Assembly (NCBI GenBank): GCA_965263205.1
Contig: CBDHHF010000026.1
Span: forward strand, 155,486 to 219,485
DNA from: Rhodothermales bacterium
GTDB taxonomy: Bacteria > Bacteroidota > Rhodothermia > Rhodothermales > JAHQVL01
DNA: 64,000 nt
Direction: 5' to 3'
Shown: one piece after another, positions 10,505-21,630 of the stretch
How the letters are laid out: every line of letters starts with the position of its first letter
How positions within the stretch are numbered: position 1 is the first letter of the stretch
Made by a program: the position numbers and the translations under genes
The notes under the pieces: model-generated
Told to the model about the DNA's origin: nothing
Seen by the model: only the letters and a program-made list of their open reading frames with translations
The model's database searches: none

Positions 10505-11156
10505 CCGAAAAGCGTACTTCATTGGATAGTTCGTCAGAATCATCGGGCTGGATCTCTACACCGCGCCGCTCGAGCAGCTCGCCGCAAATTTCGATCGCAT
10601 CAATCAACCCTTTAGCGATTCGTTGCTCTTTGATCCCATTACGAATTTTGAGTACAACTTCGGTCCAGTCTTCAGCAGAGACACGGCGGTTAATGCCCTC
10701 ATCTCCCAAGACTTCGATCCGGTGTTCTAGCAGAGAAATGAAAAGTAAAATGCCAGTGCGATCGCGTGTATTAAAGACCTCTTCTTCCACAAAGGCCCGC
10801 ATGGCACGGTGATGTACGGTACGAGCCAGCAATTCCGGGCCGGCGAGCAGGCGCTTGATAGGTCCAATGTACCCACCTAATAACGCACCAACTGTCCCGG
10901 CAGCCAATACCAGCGTGGCAATACCCAATCCAGAATACAACCAGCCAAAGCCCCATCCATCATAAAATCGGTACGTGATGCCAACCAACAGAATAGCGGT
11001 AATTGCTAGAATAGAAGCACCACGCCAGAGGGTCACATCGTACCGATCGCTACGCTCCACAATGTAGGGTACAATCTCCCCGGAAGTACGCTCCTCCGCC
11101 CCACTCACAGCGTTCTTAATCTGGTCTAATTCAGCCTTGGTAAATAAATCCTTCAT
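10494..11156 (-). CDS. TPM-domain membrane protein, partner of the YgcG-like gene
   Basis: AEERTSGEIV, TRDRTGILLFISLLEHRIEVLGDEGI, DELSN. Confidence 0.88.
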   Translation of the reverse strand: MKDLFTKAELDQIKNAVSGAEERTSGEIVPYIVERSDRYDVTLWRGASILAITAILLVGITYRFYDGWGFGWLYSGLGIATLVLAAGTVGALLGGYIGPIKRLLAGPELLARTVHHRAMRAFVEEEVFNTRDRTGILLFISLLEHRIEVLGDEGINRRVSAEDWTEVVLKIRNGIKEQRIAKGLIDAIEICGELLERRGVEIQPDDSDELSNEVRFSDDD

Positions 11157-11267
11157 TGCTATAGGATAAAAGGGGTTTTACATAACCAGAACATCCAATA
11201 GTAGGCATTTAGAACGAACACAACAGCCCATTTCCCCCAAAACCACTCAAATTCACAAATAAACTAT

Positions 11268-11355
11268 GGTTACAGGTTACAGGTTACAGGTTACAGGTGT
11301 TAGTCTTATGAGCAAAACGTGATCCCAAGAAACTTGTAACCTGCAACTTGTAACC
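11268..11355. repeat. Heptamer repeats (GGTTACA x4) with an inverted counterpart
   Basis: ggttaca x4 at 11268-11297; aacttgt/aacctgc/aacttgt at 11330-11355. Confidence 0.8.
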
Positions 11356-11401
11356 AAAAAAGGAACCCCTGCCGGCGTTGACGGCAGGGGTTCCTTTTTT
11401 T
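11356..11401 (-). terminator. Rho-independent terminator (bidirectional geometry)
   Basis: AAAAAAGGAACCCCTGCCG-loop-CGGCAGGGGTTCCTTTTTT just downstream of 11424..13346. Confidence 0.85.
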
Positions 11402-11423
11402 CTTGCACTTCAGGAGGATACTG

Positions 11424-13346
11424 CTACTTAATCCGCTCAAGCGTTGCTTCGCGTTCGATTTTCACGGAGACGCCGCGGTTGGTTTTGTATGCGTTGGTCT
11501 TGTTTAGTGTCAGGGGCTGCGCTTGAGTTACAAACCCTTCGATCGCCAGCTGATTTTTGCCATACACATGGTTCTGCGTGCCGTATGTTTTACCGCGTGG
11601 TGCCTGGTACACGGAATGATTACCGTAGTCGTCATAATCGTAGTAATCGTCATTGTACGAGCCACCGTAGTACGGATCATAATTATCATCGTAGTGATGG
11701 TAGCTGATCGCGTCATAACCGTAGTCTAGCAGTTGCTGGTCGTCGGGCAGTACAGAGATTGGCGCGTGGCCGTTGTAACCGTAGGGATCGAACAGCTTGC
11801 TGTAGCGGCGAGAATCAACGCGCTTGCGTTTGAAATTCAGCCGGCCAACATCCATACCGTGTGAACGATCGTAGTAATCCTGTACGTAGCCGTCGTACGA
11901 CTGTGTAGCAATCATTTCAAAGCCGGCATACGGATCACCTACGATAAACACATCGCGGTCGTACACAACCTCACCACTCCGGTAGATGGTTGCCTGGATA
12001 TGCTCGAGATCCCGCGGGAAGCGGCGCACTTTACCCAGGTAATAGCCATCTTCAAACACCTCGATTTCGTCAATGTAGATGTCTACAACTGCTTTCCTGT
12101 GGTCAGCATAGCGAACTTCGTGGTGATAGTTGGTGCGGATGTCCACTTTGGCTCTGTGGTACTTTCCACGCCATCCAGTCTCTACATAAACCACCTGGCA
12201 ATACCGGTACGATGGACGCCATGCCCGGCGATAGCGATTCTGCCATGGCCACACCACGTTCACCTGGATATTAGGTCTGTGATGGTACACCGGATTCACA
12301 TAGACACGGTTACTCTTGTATCGCCAATGGTTGTTTTTGTATACGTTGTGTTTGCGCGTGTCTCGCCAGCCATAGTTTCTTGATGGCAATACGCGGGTAG
12401 CATCACGCCGTGTTGAAACCCGGCTATTGTCTACACGGACTGTGCCCCGGCCAGCATTACTCCGATTATTGCCAGCTGAACCGCGTCCTAAAGACTCACG
12501 GCGGACGTCCGTTGTGGCACGATTTCGCGTATCGCTGCTTCTGCCAGAAGAGGCTGAGCGGCTACCGCTGCTGGAGCGACCGCTGCTAGAACGACCTGCG
12601 TTCTGCTGCTGACTGCTCGTACCACTGCCGCTGCGCGTCCGCGTTGAACTGGAACTCCGGCTGCTTTCGCTTGAACGTGAACGCGTGGCCTGCTCCTGCG
12701 AGCTGTTGCCTGAACGGGTACGTGTAGCACTCGAACTACGGCTACCACTGCTGGAGCGCGACCGTGAGGCCTGCTGTTCGTTGCTGTTTCCGGAGCGGGA
12801 CCGCGTAGCGCTACTGCTACGGCTGCTATTGGAAGCACGCGAACGAGAAGCCTGCTGATCACTGGAATTGCCAGAACGACTGCGCGTTGCACTGGAGCTA
12901 CGGCTGCCACTGCTGGCTGACGAGCGATTCGCCTGCTGACGCGTACCGCTATTTGAGCGCGTACGGGTACTGCTGTTCCCCGAGCTCCGTGTAGCCTGAC
13001 TTGATCGCTGCCGGCTCGATGTTGAGCCAGCACTCTTACCAGCATCACTGCGGCTCGCCTGCGAACGCGTTGATTGTGTAGAGCGCGTTGCCTGTGTTGA
13101 ACGCGTTGATTGTGTTGAACGTTGGCGGCTCGACGAGCTGCGTGCGTTACTTTTTGTAGTAGATTTTTTTGCAGTAGATTTTTTTGCAGTTGCAGGTTTA
13201 CGCTTTTCTGCGCTTTCTGATTTCTGCGTGCGTCCATTGGTGCTGCCGCGCGACTGCGCGTTTGCTGTGGACGTTTGAACCAGCAGCCCAAATATTAAGA
13301 GCAGGGCCGGCATGGCTCTAAGGGTCGTGTGTAACATGGTAGTCAT
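11424..13346 (-). CDS. Secreted hypothetical protein with long Ser/Arg-rich repeat region and Tyr/Asp-rich C-terminus
   Basis: Signal peptide ending ANA-Q; 27-aa repeats; 640-aa ORF followed by a terminator. Confidence 0.75.
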   Translation of the reverse strand: MTTMLHTTLRAMPALLLIFGLLVQTSTANAQSRGSTNGRTQKSESAEKRKPATAKKSTAKKSTTKSNARSSSSRQRSTQSTRSTQATRSTQSTRSQASRSDAGKSAGSTSSRQRSSQATRSSGNSSTRTRSNSGTRQQANRSSASSGSRSSSATRSRSGNSSDQQASRSRASNSSRSSSATRSRSGNSNEQQASRSRSSSGSRSSSATRTRSGNSSQEQATRSRSSESSRSSSSTRTRSGSGTSSQQQNAGRSSSGRSSSGSRSASSGRSSDTRNRATTDVRRESLGRGSAGNNRSNAGRGTVRVDNSRVSTRRDATRVLPSRNYGWRDTRKHNVYKNNHWRYKSNRVYVNPVYHHRPNIQVNVVWPWQNRYRRAWRPSYRYCQVVYVETGWRGKYHRAKVDIRTNYHHEVRYADHRKAVVDIYIDEIEVFEDGYYLGKVRRFPRDLEHIQATIYRSGEVVYDRDVFIVGDPYAGFEMIATQSYDGYVQDYYDRSHGMDVGRLNFKRKRVDSRRYSKLFDPYGYNGHAPISVLPDDQQLLDYGYDAISYHHYDDNYDPYYGGSYNDDYYDYDDYGNHSVYQAPRGKTYGTQNHVYGKNQLAIEGFVTQAQPLTLNKTNAYKTNRGVSVKIEREATLERIK

Positions 13347-13706
13347 TTCATTTTCCTCATACTATTCATGAGTCAGCTTAATTCTCAGCCGCGCATGCTT
13401 TCCCTATTTGCTATACAACGACGTGCCAAGTCTACAAAACGTCCTAATTTGCTCATTCAGGGCTTTTTCGCCTATTTTCGTGTATTCGAAGTAACCTATA
13501 TAGATGACTATCCATGTCCAGTAATGGATACAACACGCAGGGCATAACCTGCTGCTTTACGCAACCCTGCGGGTCATTCAAGGGTATACGGTTATATAAG
13601 AATTGCCTCAATGATTAATGCCGGGCGTTTACCCCAAAGTCGCGGCTTTACGTGGTGCAATTTTGGGCAATTGCCTTAACGATATCAGAATTTAACACCC
13701 GCTTCC

Positions 13707-15518
13707 ATGCGTTTTCTATCTACGCTTATTGCAACAACACTGGGCGCACTTGTTGCCTTCGGCATCATGTTTTTCCTGGGTTTCATGTTTCTGTTCGCTG
13801 TAGCAGCTAGCTCCGACCAGGCGCCACGCGTACGCACAGGCTCTGTCCTCACCATTCCGTTATCGGGTAGCTTGCCAGAAATTACGTCTGACGATCCGTT
13901 TGCTACATCGTTTGGTGGCGCACCAGCCTACGATCTTTCTCAGTTCAAAAATGCTCTCGCAAAAGCTGCCGTCGATCAGCGCATTGACGGTGTTTGGCTC
14001 CAGATGCGAGGGATGTCGGGTAGTTGGGCAGCTTTACAAGAGATGCACGCGGCGCTCGAAGCATTTAAAGACTCGAGCGACAAGTTTATCGTGGCATCCA
14101 GCGAGGATCACGCCGTTAGCGAAAAAGCTTATTTCCTTGCTACAACAGCAGACGAGATTTATGCTTCTGCCCAGGCACCTTTTGAGTTCAATGGCTTTTT
14201 CCTTGCAGCGGAGTTTTATAAAAATGCGTTTGATAAGCTAGATATCCAGGCGCAACCCATTCGCGCCGGTAAATACAAAAGCGCCATCGAACCCTTTATC
14301 CGGACTAATCTTTCAGATGAAAACCGTGAACAGCTCGGCGCCCTGCTTGACGATACGTACGATGTATTCCTGAACGCAATTTCCAAAAGCAGAAGCCTGC
14401 AGGAAGAAGCCGTATTGGAAACGATGGAGGCAGACGCAATCATGCAGGCTACCGATGCCTACCGCGCCGGCCTCATTGATGACCTGATGTTCTACGACGA
14501 AGTAGAAGCCGCCATCAAAACCAAACTGGAACTGGAAGAGGACGATGACTTGCGAACCGTGAGTATGAAGTCGTACGTCCGGGTTCCTGATAAAGAAGCA
14601 GGTCTTGAAGGGGGAGGCGACGACGATATTGCTGTCGTGTATGCCGTAGGCACAATCATGCCGGGCAAGAGCGGGTACAGCACTAATCCGCTGATGGGAG
14701 GTGACATCCTTGGCTCAGCGACATTTAATGAAGCAATGCGTACGGCAGTGGATAGCGACAAGGTAAAAGCCATTGTTGTCCGTATCGATTCGCCGGGGGG
14801 CTCTGCTGCTGCATCGGATGCGATGTACCGCGAAATTGCACGCGCTGCAGAAACCAAACCCGTCATCATCTCCATGGGCTCTTATGCAGCATCTGGTGGC
14901 TACTGGATGGCCATGGGTGGCGATATGATCGTGGCAGACCCGCTCACCATTACGGGCTCTATCGGCGTTTTCGGCATGTCGCTCGACTTGAGCAGCATGT
15001 ATGAAAACAAGCTTGGCATCACGTTCGATGTTGTCCGTACGGGGCCATACGCCGACATGTACTCCGGCACCCGTCCGCTCACCCCTACAGAACTGCACCT
15101 GCTCGAGCAATCGGTTGATGAAACGTATGCATCCTTCCTCGAACTCGTAGCCGAGAACAGAGGCATGGACGTAGAAGATGTTGACGCACTCGCACAAGGC
15201 CGTGTGTGGACAGGCGTTGATGCAAAAAACAACGGTCTCGTAGATATGCTGGGCGACCTGGATACGGCCATCGCCGTAGCTGCCGAGCAGGCAGCGTTAG
15301 AGTCGGGTGCCTACGATATCCGCCGGCTGCCTCGCCCCAAAACGATGCTTGAGCAGTTCAACGAAGCCCTCGCCGTTCGGTCACAGCAAGTATGGATGAA
15401 CCTCACCGCTTCGCCTGTAGAGCAATTCCTCGCGCAGGAAACAGAAAACATGCGCCAGATCCTGGAAATGAACGGACACGTCCAGGCGCTGTTGCCCACG
15501 CGCATCACCATCGAGTGA
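13707..15518 (+). CDS. sppA: Signal peptide peptidase SppA (67K type)
   Basis: [34 protein letters not shown]. Confidence 0.95.
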   Translation: MRFLSTLIATTLGALVAFGIMFFLGFMFLFAVAASSDQAPRVRTGSVLTIPLSGSLPEITSDDPFATSFGGAPAYDLSQFKNALAKAAVDQRIDGVWLQMRGMSGSWAALQEMHAALEAFKDSSDKFIVASSEDHAVSEKAYFLATTADEIYASAQAPFEFNGFFLAAEFYKNAFDKLDIQAQPIRAGKYKSAIEPFIRTNLSDENREQLGALLDDTYDVFLNAISKSRSLQEEAVLETMEADAIMQATDAYRAGLIDDLMFYDEVEAAIKTKLELEEDDDLRTVSMKSYVRVPDKEAGLEGGGDDDIAVVYAVGTIMPGKSGYSTNPLMGGDILGSATFNEAMRTAVDSDKVKAIVVRIDSPGGSAAASDAMYREIARAAETKPVIISMGSYAASGGYWMAMGGDMIVADPLTITGSIGVFGMSLDLSSMYENKLGITFDVVRTGPYADMYSGTRPLTPTELHLLEQSVDETYASFLELVAENRGMDVEDVDALAQGRVWTGVDAKNNGLVDMLGDLDTAIAVAAEQAALESGAYDIRRLPRPKTMLEQFNEALAVRSQQVWMNLTASPVEQFLAQETENMRQILEMNGHVQALLPTRITIE

Positions 15519-15587
15519 GTTGAAGGTTTAAGGTTGCAAGTTAAAGGTTGTTTTTGTCAGAAGACCTTTAACTTGCAACGTTTAACC

Positions 15588-17138
15588 TTAAACCAAAATG
15601 TCACCCGACATTTGCTCTGGGATGGGTTGACCGAGTATGGAAAGGATGGTTGGGGCGATGTCGCCTAGTTTTCCGTCTTTTACCGGGCCGTCAAATCCTT
15701 CTTTGATTACGATATGTGGCACGAGCGCGGTTGTGTGCGCTGTGTGGGGTGAGCCGTCGTCGTTTCTCAGCTTGTCGGCGTTGCCGTGATCCGCAATGAT
15801 ATTGACAGAATAGCCATTTGCGAGCGCAGCCTCGACCACCAGTTTCGAACACGTGTCCACCGTTTCTATCGCCTTTACGGCTGCTTCGAACACACCGGTG
15901 TGCCCCACCATGTCGGGATTGGCAAAATTGAGTACAGCAAAATTGTAGTCGTTCTCCGCCAACGCGTTTGCCACTTTTTGAGCCAGCGCAGGCGCACTCA
16001 TTTCCGGTTGTAAATCGTACGTAGCAACTTTGGGAGATGGCTCAAGGATACGATCTTCACCCTCGAATGGCGTTTCGCGGCCACCACTAAAGAAAAACGT
16101 CACGTGTGGATACTTCTCCGTCTCTGCAGCCCGCAGCTGGGTCCCGCCGAGATCAGCAATAGCCTCACCAAGCGTTTGTTTTAGATTTACTTTGGGAAAA
16201 GCAATTTCTACATCCAAATCAGCAGCATAGGGGGTTAAGGTCACGTAGAAGAGATCGTCAAGCTGTGCTCTTTCGAATCCATCGAAGCCGGCATCGGTGA
16301 AGGCATACGATAACTGCCGGCCACGATCTGCCCGGAAGTTGAAGAAAATAATGGCATCACCAGATTCAATAAGCGCTCCCGTTTTAGAGCGCGCTGCGCC
16401 GGCTGCATGGTTGATGCGGCGAGGCATCACAAACTCATCGGTCACTTCTTCAGCATAACTGGCTTTAATGGCAGCAATTGGATCATCAAATACGAGATCA
16501 GCTGTTGTGGCCGTAAGCAAATCATACGCTAGCCGCGTGCGCTCCCAGCGTTTGTCACGGTCCATGGCATAATACCGGCCACAAATAGACGCGATATGGC
16601 CGATCCCAATCTCAGCCGCCTGTTGCTGGAATTCCTGCAGGTAGGTAAGCCCACCCTGCGGATCCGTATCGCGACCGTCTGTAAAGGCGTGGACACAGAC
16701 CTGTCCGGCCTCAAGTCCCTGCGCTTTAGCAAGACGTAACAGGCCATAAATATGCGTCAGGGAAGCGTGGACTCCCCCATCAGAGAAACATCCTAGCAGG
16801 TGCAGTTTACTGCCATTCTCTTTGGCATGCTGTGCAGCCTGCACAAGCGCCTCTACCTCAAAAAATTCCCCTTCTGCAATCGATTTGTCGATTCGCGTAA
16901 TATCCTGGTACACAACACGGCCGGCACCCAGGTTCATGTGACCTACTTCCGAGTTGCCCATCTGGCCAGCTGGCAACCCTACGGCAAGACCAGAAGCCTC
17001 TAGCGTCGCATGGGGATAAGACTGAAAGAGGCTATCGAGAAACGGTTGATGTGCATGATCGATCGCACTGACTGCTTTGTCTTCTGCAATGCCATAACCA
17101 TCTAAAATGAGCAATAAGTGCTTTTTACTGGAATCCAT
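15588..17138 (-). CDS. gpmI: 2,3-bisphosphoglycerate-independent phosphoglycerate mutase
   Basis: ILDGYG, GQMGNSEVGH, AETEKYPHVTFF, NPDMVGHTG. Confidence 0.97.
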   Translation of the reverse strand: MDSSKKHLLLILDGYGIAEDKAVSAIDHAHQPFLDSLFQSYPHATLEASGLAVGLPAGQMGNSEVGHMNLGAGRVVYQDITRIDKSIAEGEFFEVEALVQAAQHAKENGSKLHLLGCFSDGGVHASLTHIYGLLRLAKAQGLEAGQVCVHAFTDGRDTDPQGGLTYLQEFQQQAAEIGIGHIASICGRYYAMDRDKRWERTRLAYDLLTATTADLVFDDPIAAIKASYAEEVTDEFVMPRRINHAAGAARSKTGALIESGDAIIFFNFRADRGRQLSYAFTDAGFDGFERAQLDDLFYVTLTPYAADLDVEIAFPKVNLKQTLGEAIADLGGTQLRAAETEKYPHVTFFFSGGRETPFEGEDRILEPSPKVATYDLQPEMSAPALAQKVANALAENDYNFAVLNFANPDMVGHTGVFEAAVKAIETVDTCSKLVVEAALANGYSVNIIADHGNADKLRNDDGSPHTAHTTALVPHIVIKEGFDGPVKDGKLGDIAPTILSILGQPIPEQMSGDILV

Positions 17139-17146
17139 AGGTAGTT

Positions 17147-17989
17147 TTAATTGATTCTGAAGTCCGGGACTTTCCGCGTGGTCTTTCCCGTCTTTGTTTC
17201 AAACACATTCATCGAGCCCGAGCGCGGACATGCTATTTGCTCCACGCCGTGGCGGTCTGTCTTGTATGCAGGTTCGTCGAAATAGAAATTACTTGTCTTG
17301 CAATAATATTTGCCGCGCTTCGCATCCAAACCGTCCATAGGCGCCGGCAGTTTCTGCAGCCGCTCGAAATACACACAAGCTTCCGTAACGGGACAGGCAT
17401 CACATTTTGGCGCGCGCGCTATACACGTATAACGGCCATGTAAAATGATAAGGTGGTGCGCCTCTGACCAGTCTTCCTTTGGCATCACTTTTTTCAACTG
17501 GCGCTCAACCTTCAAGGGCGTATCTGCATCTTTTGCAATACCAATCCGATTCGCAACGCGAAACACGTGCGTGTCTACTGGTAAGGCATCGACATCAAAC
17601 GCAACCGAGGCGACAACCTGTGCCGTTTTACGTCCAACACCGGGTAGCTTGACGAGCTCTTTCAGCGTAGACGGAATTTCACCCTCAAAATCTTCCATCA
17701 CCATGCGCCCCAGTCCGGCAAGGTGCTTCGCTTTGTTATTGGGATAAGAGATCGATTTGATATAGGGGTAGATTTCCTCAGGTTCAGCTGCAGCAAGCGC
17801 AGCTGCTGTTGGAAACGCCTCAAAAAGCGCCGGCGTCACCTTGTTGACGCGCTCATCAGTACATTGTGCAGATAATACAACCGCAATAATGAGTTCGTAT
17901 TCTGATCTGTAGTTTAACTCGGTTTCTGGCCGGGGGATGGCTTTGCGCAACGCAGCCAGGGTATATGCGGCCCGTTCACTTCTGGTCAA
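17147..17989 (-). CDS. nth: Endonuclease III with C-terminal extension
   Basis: LSAQCTD, HhH LPGVGRKTA, VDTHV, C-x6-C-x2-C-x5-C. Confidence 0.95.
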   Translation of the reverse strand: MTRSERAAYTLAALRKAIPRPETELNYRSEYELIIAVVLSAQCTDERVNKVTPALFEAFPTAAALAAAEPEEIYPYIKSISYPNNKAKHLAGLGRMVMEDFEGEIPSTLKELVKLPGVGRKTAQVVASVAFDVDALPVDTHVFRVANRIGIAKDADTPLKVERQLKKVMPKEDWSEAHHLIILHGRYTCIARAPKCDACPVTEACVYFERLQKLPAPMDGLDAKRGKYYCKTSNFYFDEPAYKTDRHGVEQIACPRSGSMNVFETKTGKTTRKVPDFRIN

Positions 17990-18194
17990 TGCTTCTGCCT
18001 GTTTAAGTCTCGTGCTTTTGCCTCAACTGACAACAACCGTGCAAACATCCACTCTTCTCGGATTGTTGACATGCTTTGTCATCTAAATGAAGTAGATTTT
18101 GTAATCTGCGCTGAGAAGTTAATAAATCCTGTTGAAACCTAATTCGAATTTGGTTCTTAGAATTTCAACCTTTCGCAAAACTCACAGTACCTCT

Positions 18195-19427
18195 ATGCTG
18201 ATCCAAGTCCGACGCATCCTTCTTTCGGTTTGTTGGTTGCTCATGTTCTGGGGGGCCGGACTCTGGAATGCCGGACATACAGCACAAGCACAACCATCCA
18301 TTACGCTCTCTGACGGCGCTTACATTTCGTTGATTACCGTCTACCCTGGCAACCAGGCGCACAATCTATTTGGCCACAGTGCCCTGCGCGTACGCGATGC
18401 GTACCATGGCTTTGATTTGCTGTACAACTATGGCACCTTTCAGTTCGACTATCAATTCTTACCCAAATTCATTTACGGTAAGCTGGATTATATGCTATGG
18501 GCAAGCGATATCCGGCGGGAACTGCCTCGGTACAGAGAAGATGGTCGGACCATCACCGAGCAGGTCATAGCGCTGGATCAGGACCAAAAGCAGGCCGTCT
18601 TTGAGTTTTTACAGATCAACGCGCTAAAAGAAAACAGGGTGTATCAATACGACTTCCTGTTTGACAACTGTTCGACCCGCATCCGAGATTTGTTTGAGCA
18701 CATTCTGGGTGACGCGCTCACCTTTCAAGAAGCAGCCGGCGAGCGACAAAGCTTCAGGCATTTGTTGGACCCTTATATTCAGTCGCGCTCGTTACTGGAT
18801 GCCGGCATAGACCTTGCCCTTGCGGTCCCTACCGATCGGATAGCCACAAGTCGAGAAGAGATGTTTCTCCCCATCAACATGATGGAAGCGTTTGACCATG
18901 CCACAACAGTCATCGACGGCGAAACGGTGCCGTTTGTGAGCAAGACGGTTGATATATTCAGGAAAGAAGCAGCGCCGGCAAGCAGCAGGCCCATCGGCGT
19001 ATATGTCATCACCTGGCTGATTTTCATCATGGCGCTTTGGGTATCCAACGGTAAATCTTCAACAGCCGTCTGGGCGCGTAAATGGTTCGACCGAATGCTG
19101 TACGGGTTCACCGGATTTGCCGGCTTGCTGGCGCTATTCCTCTGGCTCATTGCGATCCATCAGGTGACCAACTACAATTGGAATCTGCTGTGGGCCTGGC
19201 CAACGCATTTATTGGCCTTATGGGCTTTTGCCAAATCGCCAGCATGGCTAAAACCCTACATGCGCGTTACTGCGGTTGTCATGTTCATCACCATCCTGGG
19301 CTGGTTCTTCTGGCCCCAGGAAATGCACAAAGCCTACATCCCGGTATTGATGGCAATCGCGGTACGGAGCGTGTGGTGGGGCTGGAAGAAGACGGAGGAT
19401 ACGATGGAGACTGCGGCGACGGTGTAG
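18195..19427 (+). CDS. DUF4105/Lnb-like membrane protein
   Basis: FGHSALR, YNYGTF, YDFLFDNCSTR, C-terminal TM helices. Confidence 0.8.
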   Translation: MLIQVRRILLSVCWLLMFWGAGLWNAGHTAQAQPSITLSDGAYISLITVYPGNQAHNLFGHSALRVRDAYHGFDLLYNYGTFQFDYQFLPKFIYGKLDYMLWASDIRRELPRYREDGRTITEQVIALDQDQKQAVFEFLQINALKENRVYQYDFLFDNCSTRIRDLFEHILGDALTFQEAAGERQSFRHLLDPYIQSRSLLDAGIDLALAVPTDRIATSREEMFLPINMMEAFDHATTVIDGETVPFVSKTVDIFRKEAAPASSRPIGVYVITWLIFIMALWVSNGKSSTAVWARKWFDRMLYGFTGFAGLLALFLWLIAIHQVTNYNWNLLWAWPTHLLALWAFAKSPAWLKPYMRVTAVVMFITILGWFFWPQEMHKAYIPVLMAIAVRSVWWGWKKTEDTMETAATV

Positions 19428-19673
19428 AAGAGGATGGAATGCCGAGTGTCGAATGATTGGCGGCTGCATCAATCATGTTATCCTGCGCCTTGCGGAGGGG
19501 CTGGGGCTGAGGGATTGTTGAATGTAGATTTTTGAATGTGGATTTTTGATCTGCTTAATCCATCATCCTGCGGCTCGCGGAGGATCTCTTCACGGGGGGA
19601 CCTGCGCAAAACACTGAGCTATCCCTTCCTCAACGCAATCCCGAAAACCCGAGATAACGAATACACGTCTTAA

Positions 19674-21630
19674 CTATTCGTTGTCGAGCTTGAACTCGAA
19701 GAAGAGCGTATACCAGGACTTCACAGGCAAGCCACCAACGCGACCCGGCTCAAAACGCGCACCACGTATCACGCGCATCACTTCAGCATCCAAATCATGG
19801 CGCAGTCCTTTGAGGATTTGCGGGTTGATCATGCGTCCGGTTTCGTCTACAATCATCCGCACGGAAACGCGGCCTTCGATGCCGGCTTCCACAGCTTTTG
19901 GTGGATAACGGAGGCGTGACTGCAGCACTTCCCGTCCGCCCACAAGTACCGGTGCATCTTCGGTATAATTGTAGATGCCGTTGTCGTCAACCATGCCTTC
20001 AGGCAACTGGTTTTCCTCTTTTGCCAGGGCGCTAAGCGTTTCGTTGATTTCTTTTACCTTCTGGGAGGCATACACGTCATCAGGCTTGGCGATGAGGGCC
20101 GAGGTAAAGCTATCGAGTGCGCCAGCGTAGTCTTCTTTCTCAAGCAGCACTTCGCCACGGGTTTTATGGCTCAGATAATCTTCCTCTTTCTTCTGAATCT
20201 GATCGATCAGCGTATCAACTTCGAAGATGGCGTTGCGCGCGATCTGGCTGGTCTCGTTGAACTTAAGTGCTTCCTGGAAAGCCTCTTTGGCTTCTTCGAG
20301 CCGGCCGGCGTCTTTAAGCCGGAAACCCGAACTCATGTAATCCTTATAGCTGGATTCGCGCTGCGCCTGTGCGATACGCCTGTCAATCAATTCGATCCTT
20401 GACAGGGCATAATCATCGTCAGGCTTATAGATCAATGCTTCTTCAAATCTACCTTTGGCTTGCACGAGACTGTTGTTATCAAGCGCAGAATCACCCGCCA
20501 TTTTAAACTGAAGATACTGGCGCTGGGCACGTTCTTGCTCGGCATTCGCCTCGGCTAGCGTGGGTGCCGGCGGTTGCGCTACGCGAACCGGCGCTACCAT
20601 GCGCTGTGTCGCCTCACGAAGCCTTGCATTGGCAAGCGAATCATCAGGACGCACATCAATCACTTTCAGGTACTCTTCACGCGCTTGACGATACAGCAGG
20701 CGGGCTTCAACCGAGTCACCGACCATGTTCAGCGCATCCGCAGCATTCATCACGGAGTCACCACGTGAAATGAACGCCAACGATTCCCGGGCATCTAGCT
20801 CAAGGCGAACCGGTTCGTTGAGATACGCATCTACGTCTTGAATGCGCTGGCGTAGTTCCCGCTTGTCGCCATCACCAATCGTCAAGGCGAGGCTATAGTT
20901 TTCTTTTGCCCGTACAAAGAGTGACCGGGCGTTGTCCCAGTTGTCTGCGGCAAACTCCGTTTCCCCTAGCGTATACAACGAATCGCCTTTCAGGACGGCC
21001 ATTGCATATCCTGTTGTGCTTACGTCAAAATTGTTTGGCTCAACATTTTGCCAGCGTGTGTACATCAAATATGCCAACATGAACGTCGAGCCTACGAGTA
21101 GGCCCAAAATGGCACGCCGTATACCGTTTCCTGAACTTGCCGTTCTCCGCGGAGCGCTGTACTTGCGCTCATGCTCCCATTTTTCCTCTTTCACTGCTGG
21201 CGCAGCCCGGTCGTACACCGCAGGACTGCTTTCCTGGGCTGGCGTCGAGGGCACGGCAACGGGTGTAAACCCTGAGAACGTAGACTCAAACTGATTTCCG
21301 GCGCCGGTATCAAAAATACCGTGTCGATCAGCGAGCGGATCTTCAATAAACTCAGCTGCTATTCCCCCACTGTCGCCCGAACTCTCGCTATCGAGTTGCA
21401 GCTGCTCCATCTGTATCGGCTGGCGCGCCACGGGCATGGCGAGAGGATCATCCGCCATGTCGGCAGCAAAATGTACAGGTTCCTCTGGAATAGGATCAGG
21501 AGGTGGTGTATTTACCCGAGGTGCGGCAACATGCGAGCGCGGGTGAAACGCATCCTGGGCCGGCTCTTCAGGCGGCGGCACGTGTGCCCCCGGCAGGTCA
21601 AAGCCATCCACAAGCATCGCACGAAACGCT
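19674..21630 (-). CDS. C-terminal part of kinase-like fusion: Pro-rich linker, TM, TPR repeats, TonB C-terminal domain
   Basis: TM AILGLLVGSTFMLAYLM; TPR-like repeats; YPPKAVEAGIEGRVSVRMIVDETG and FEPGRVGGLPVK. Confidence 0.85.

Noticed and set aside
12488-13291. Alternative-frame 267-aa ORF and the many antisense ORFs in the track
   Set aside because: Shadow frames of low-complexity or well-supported genes with no recognisable motifs
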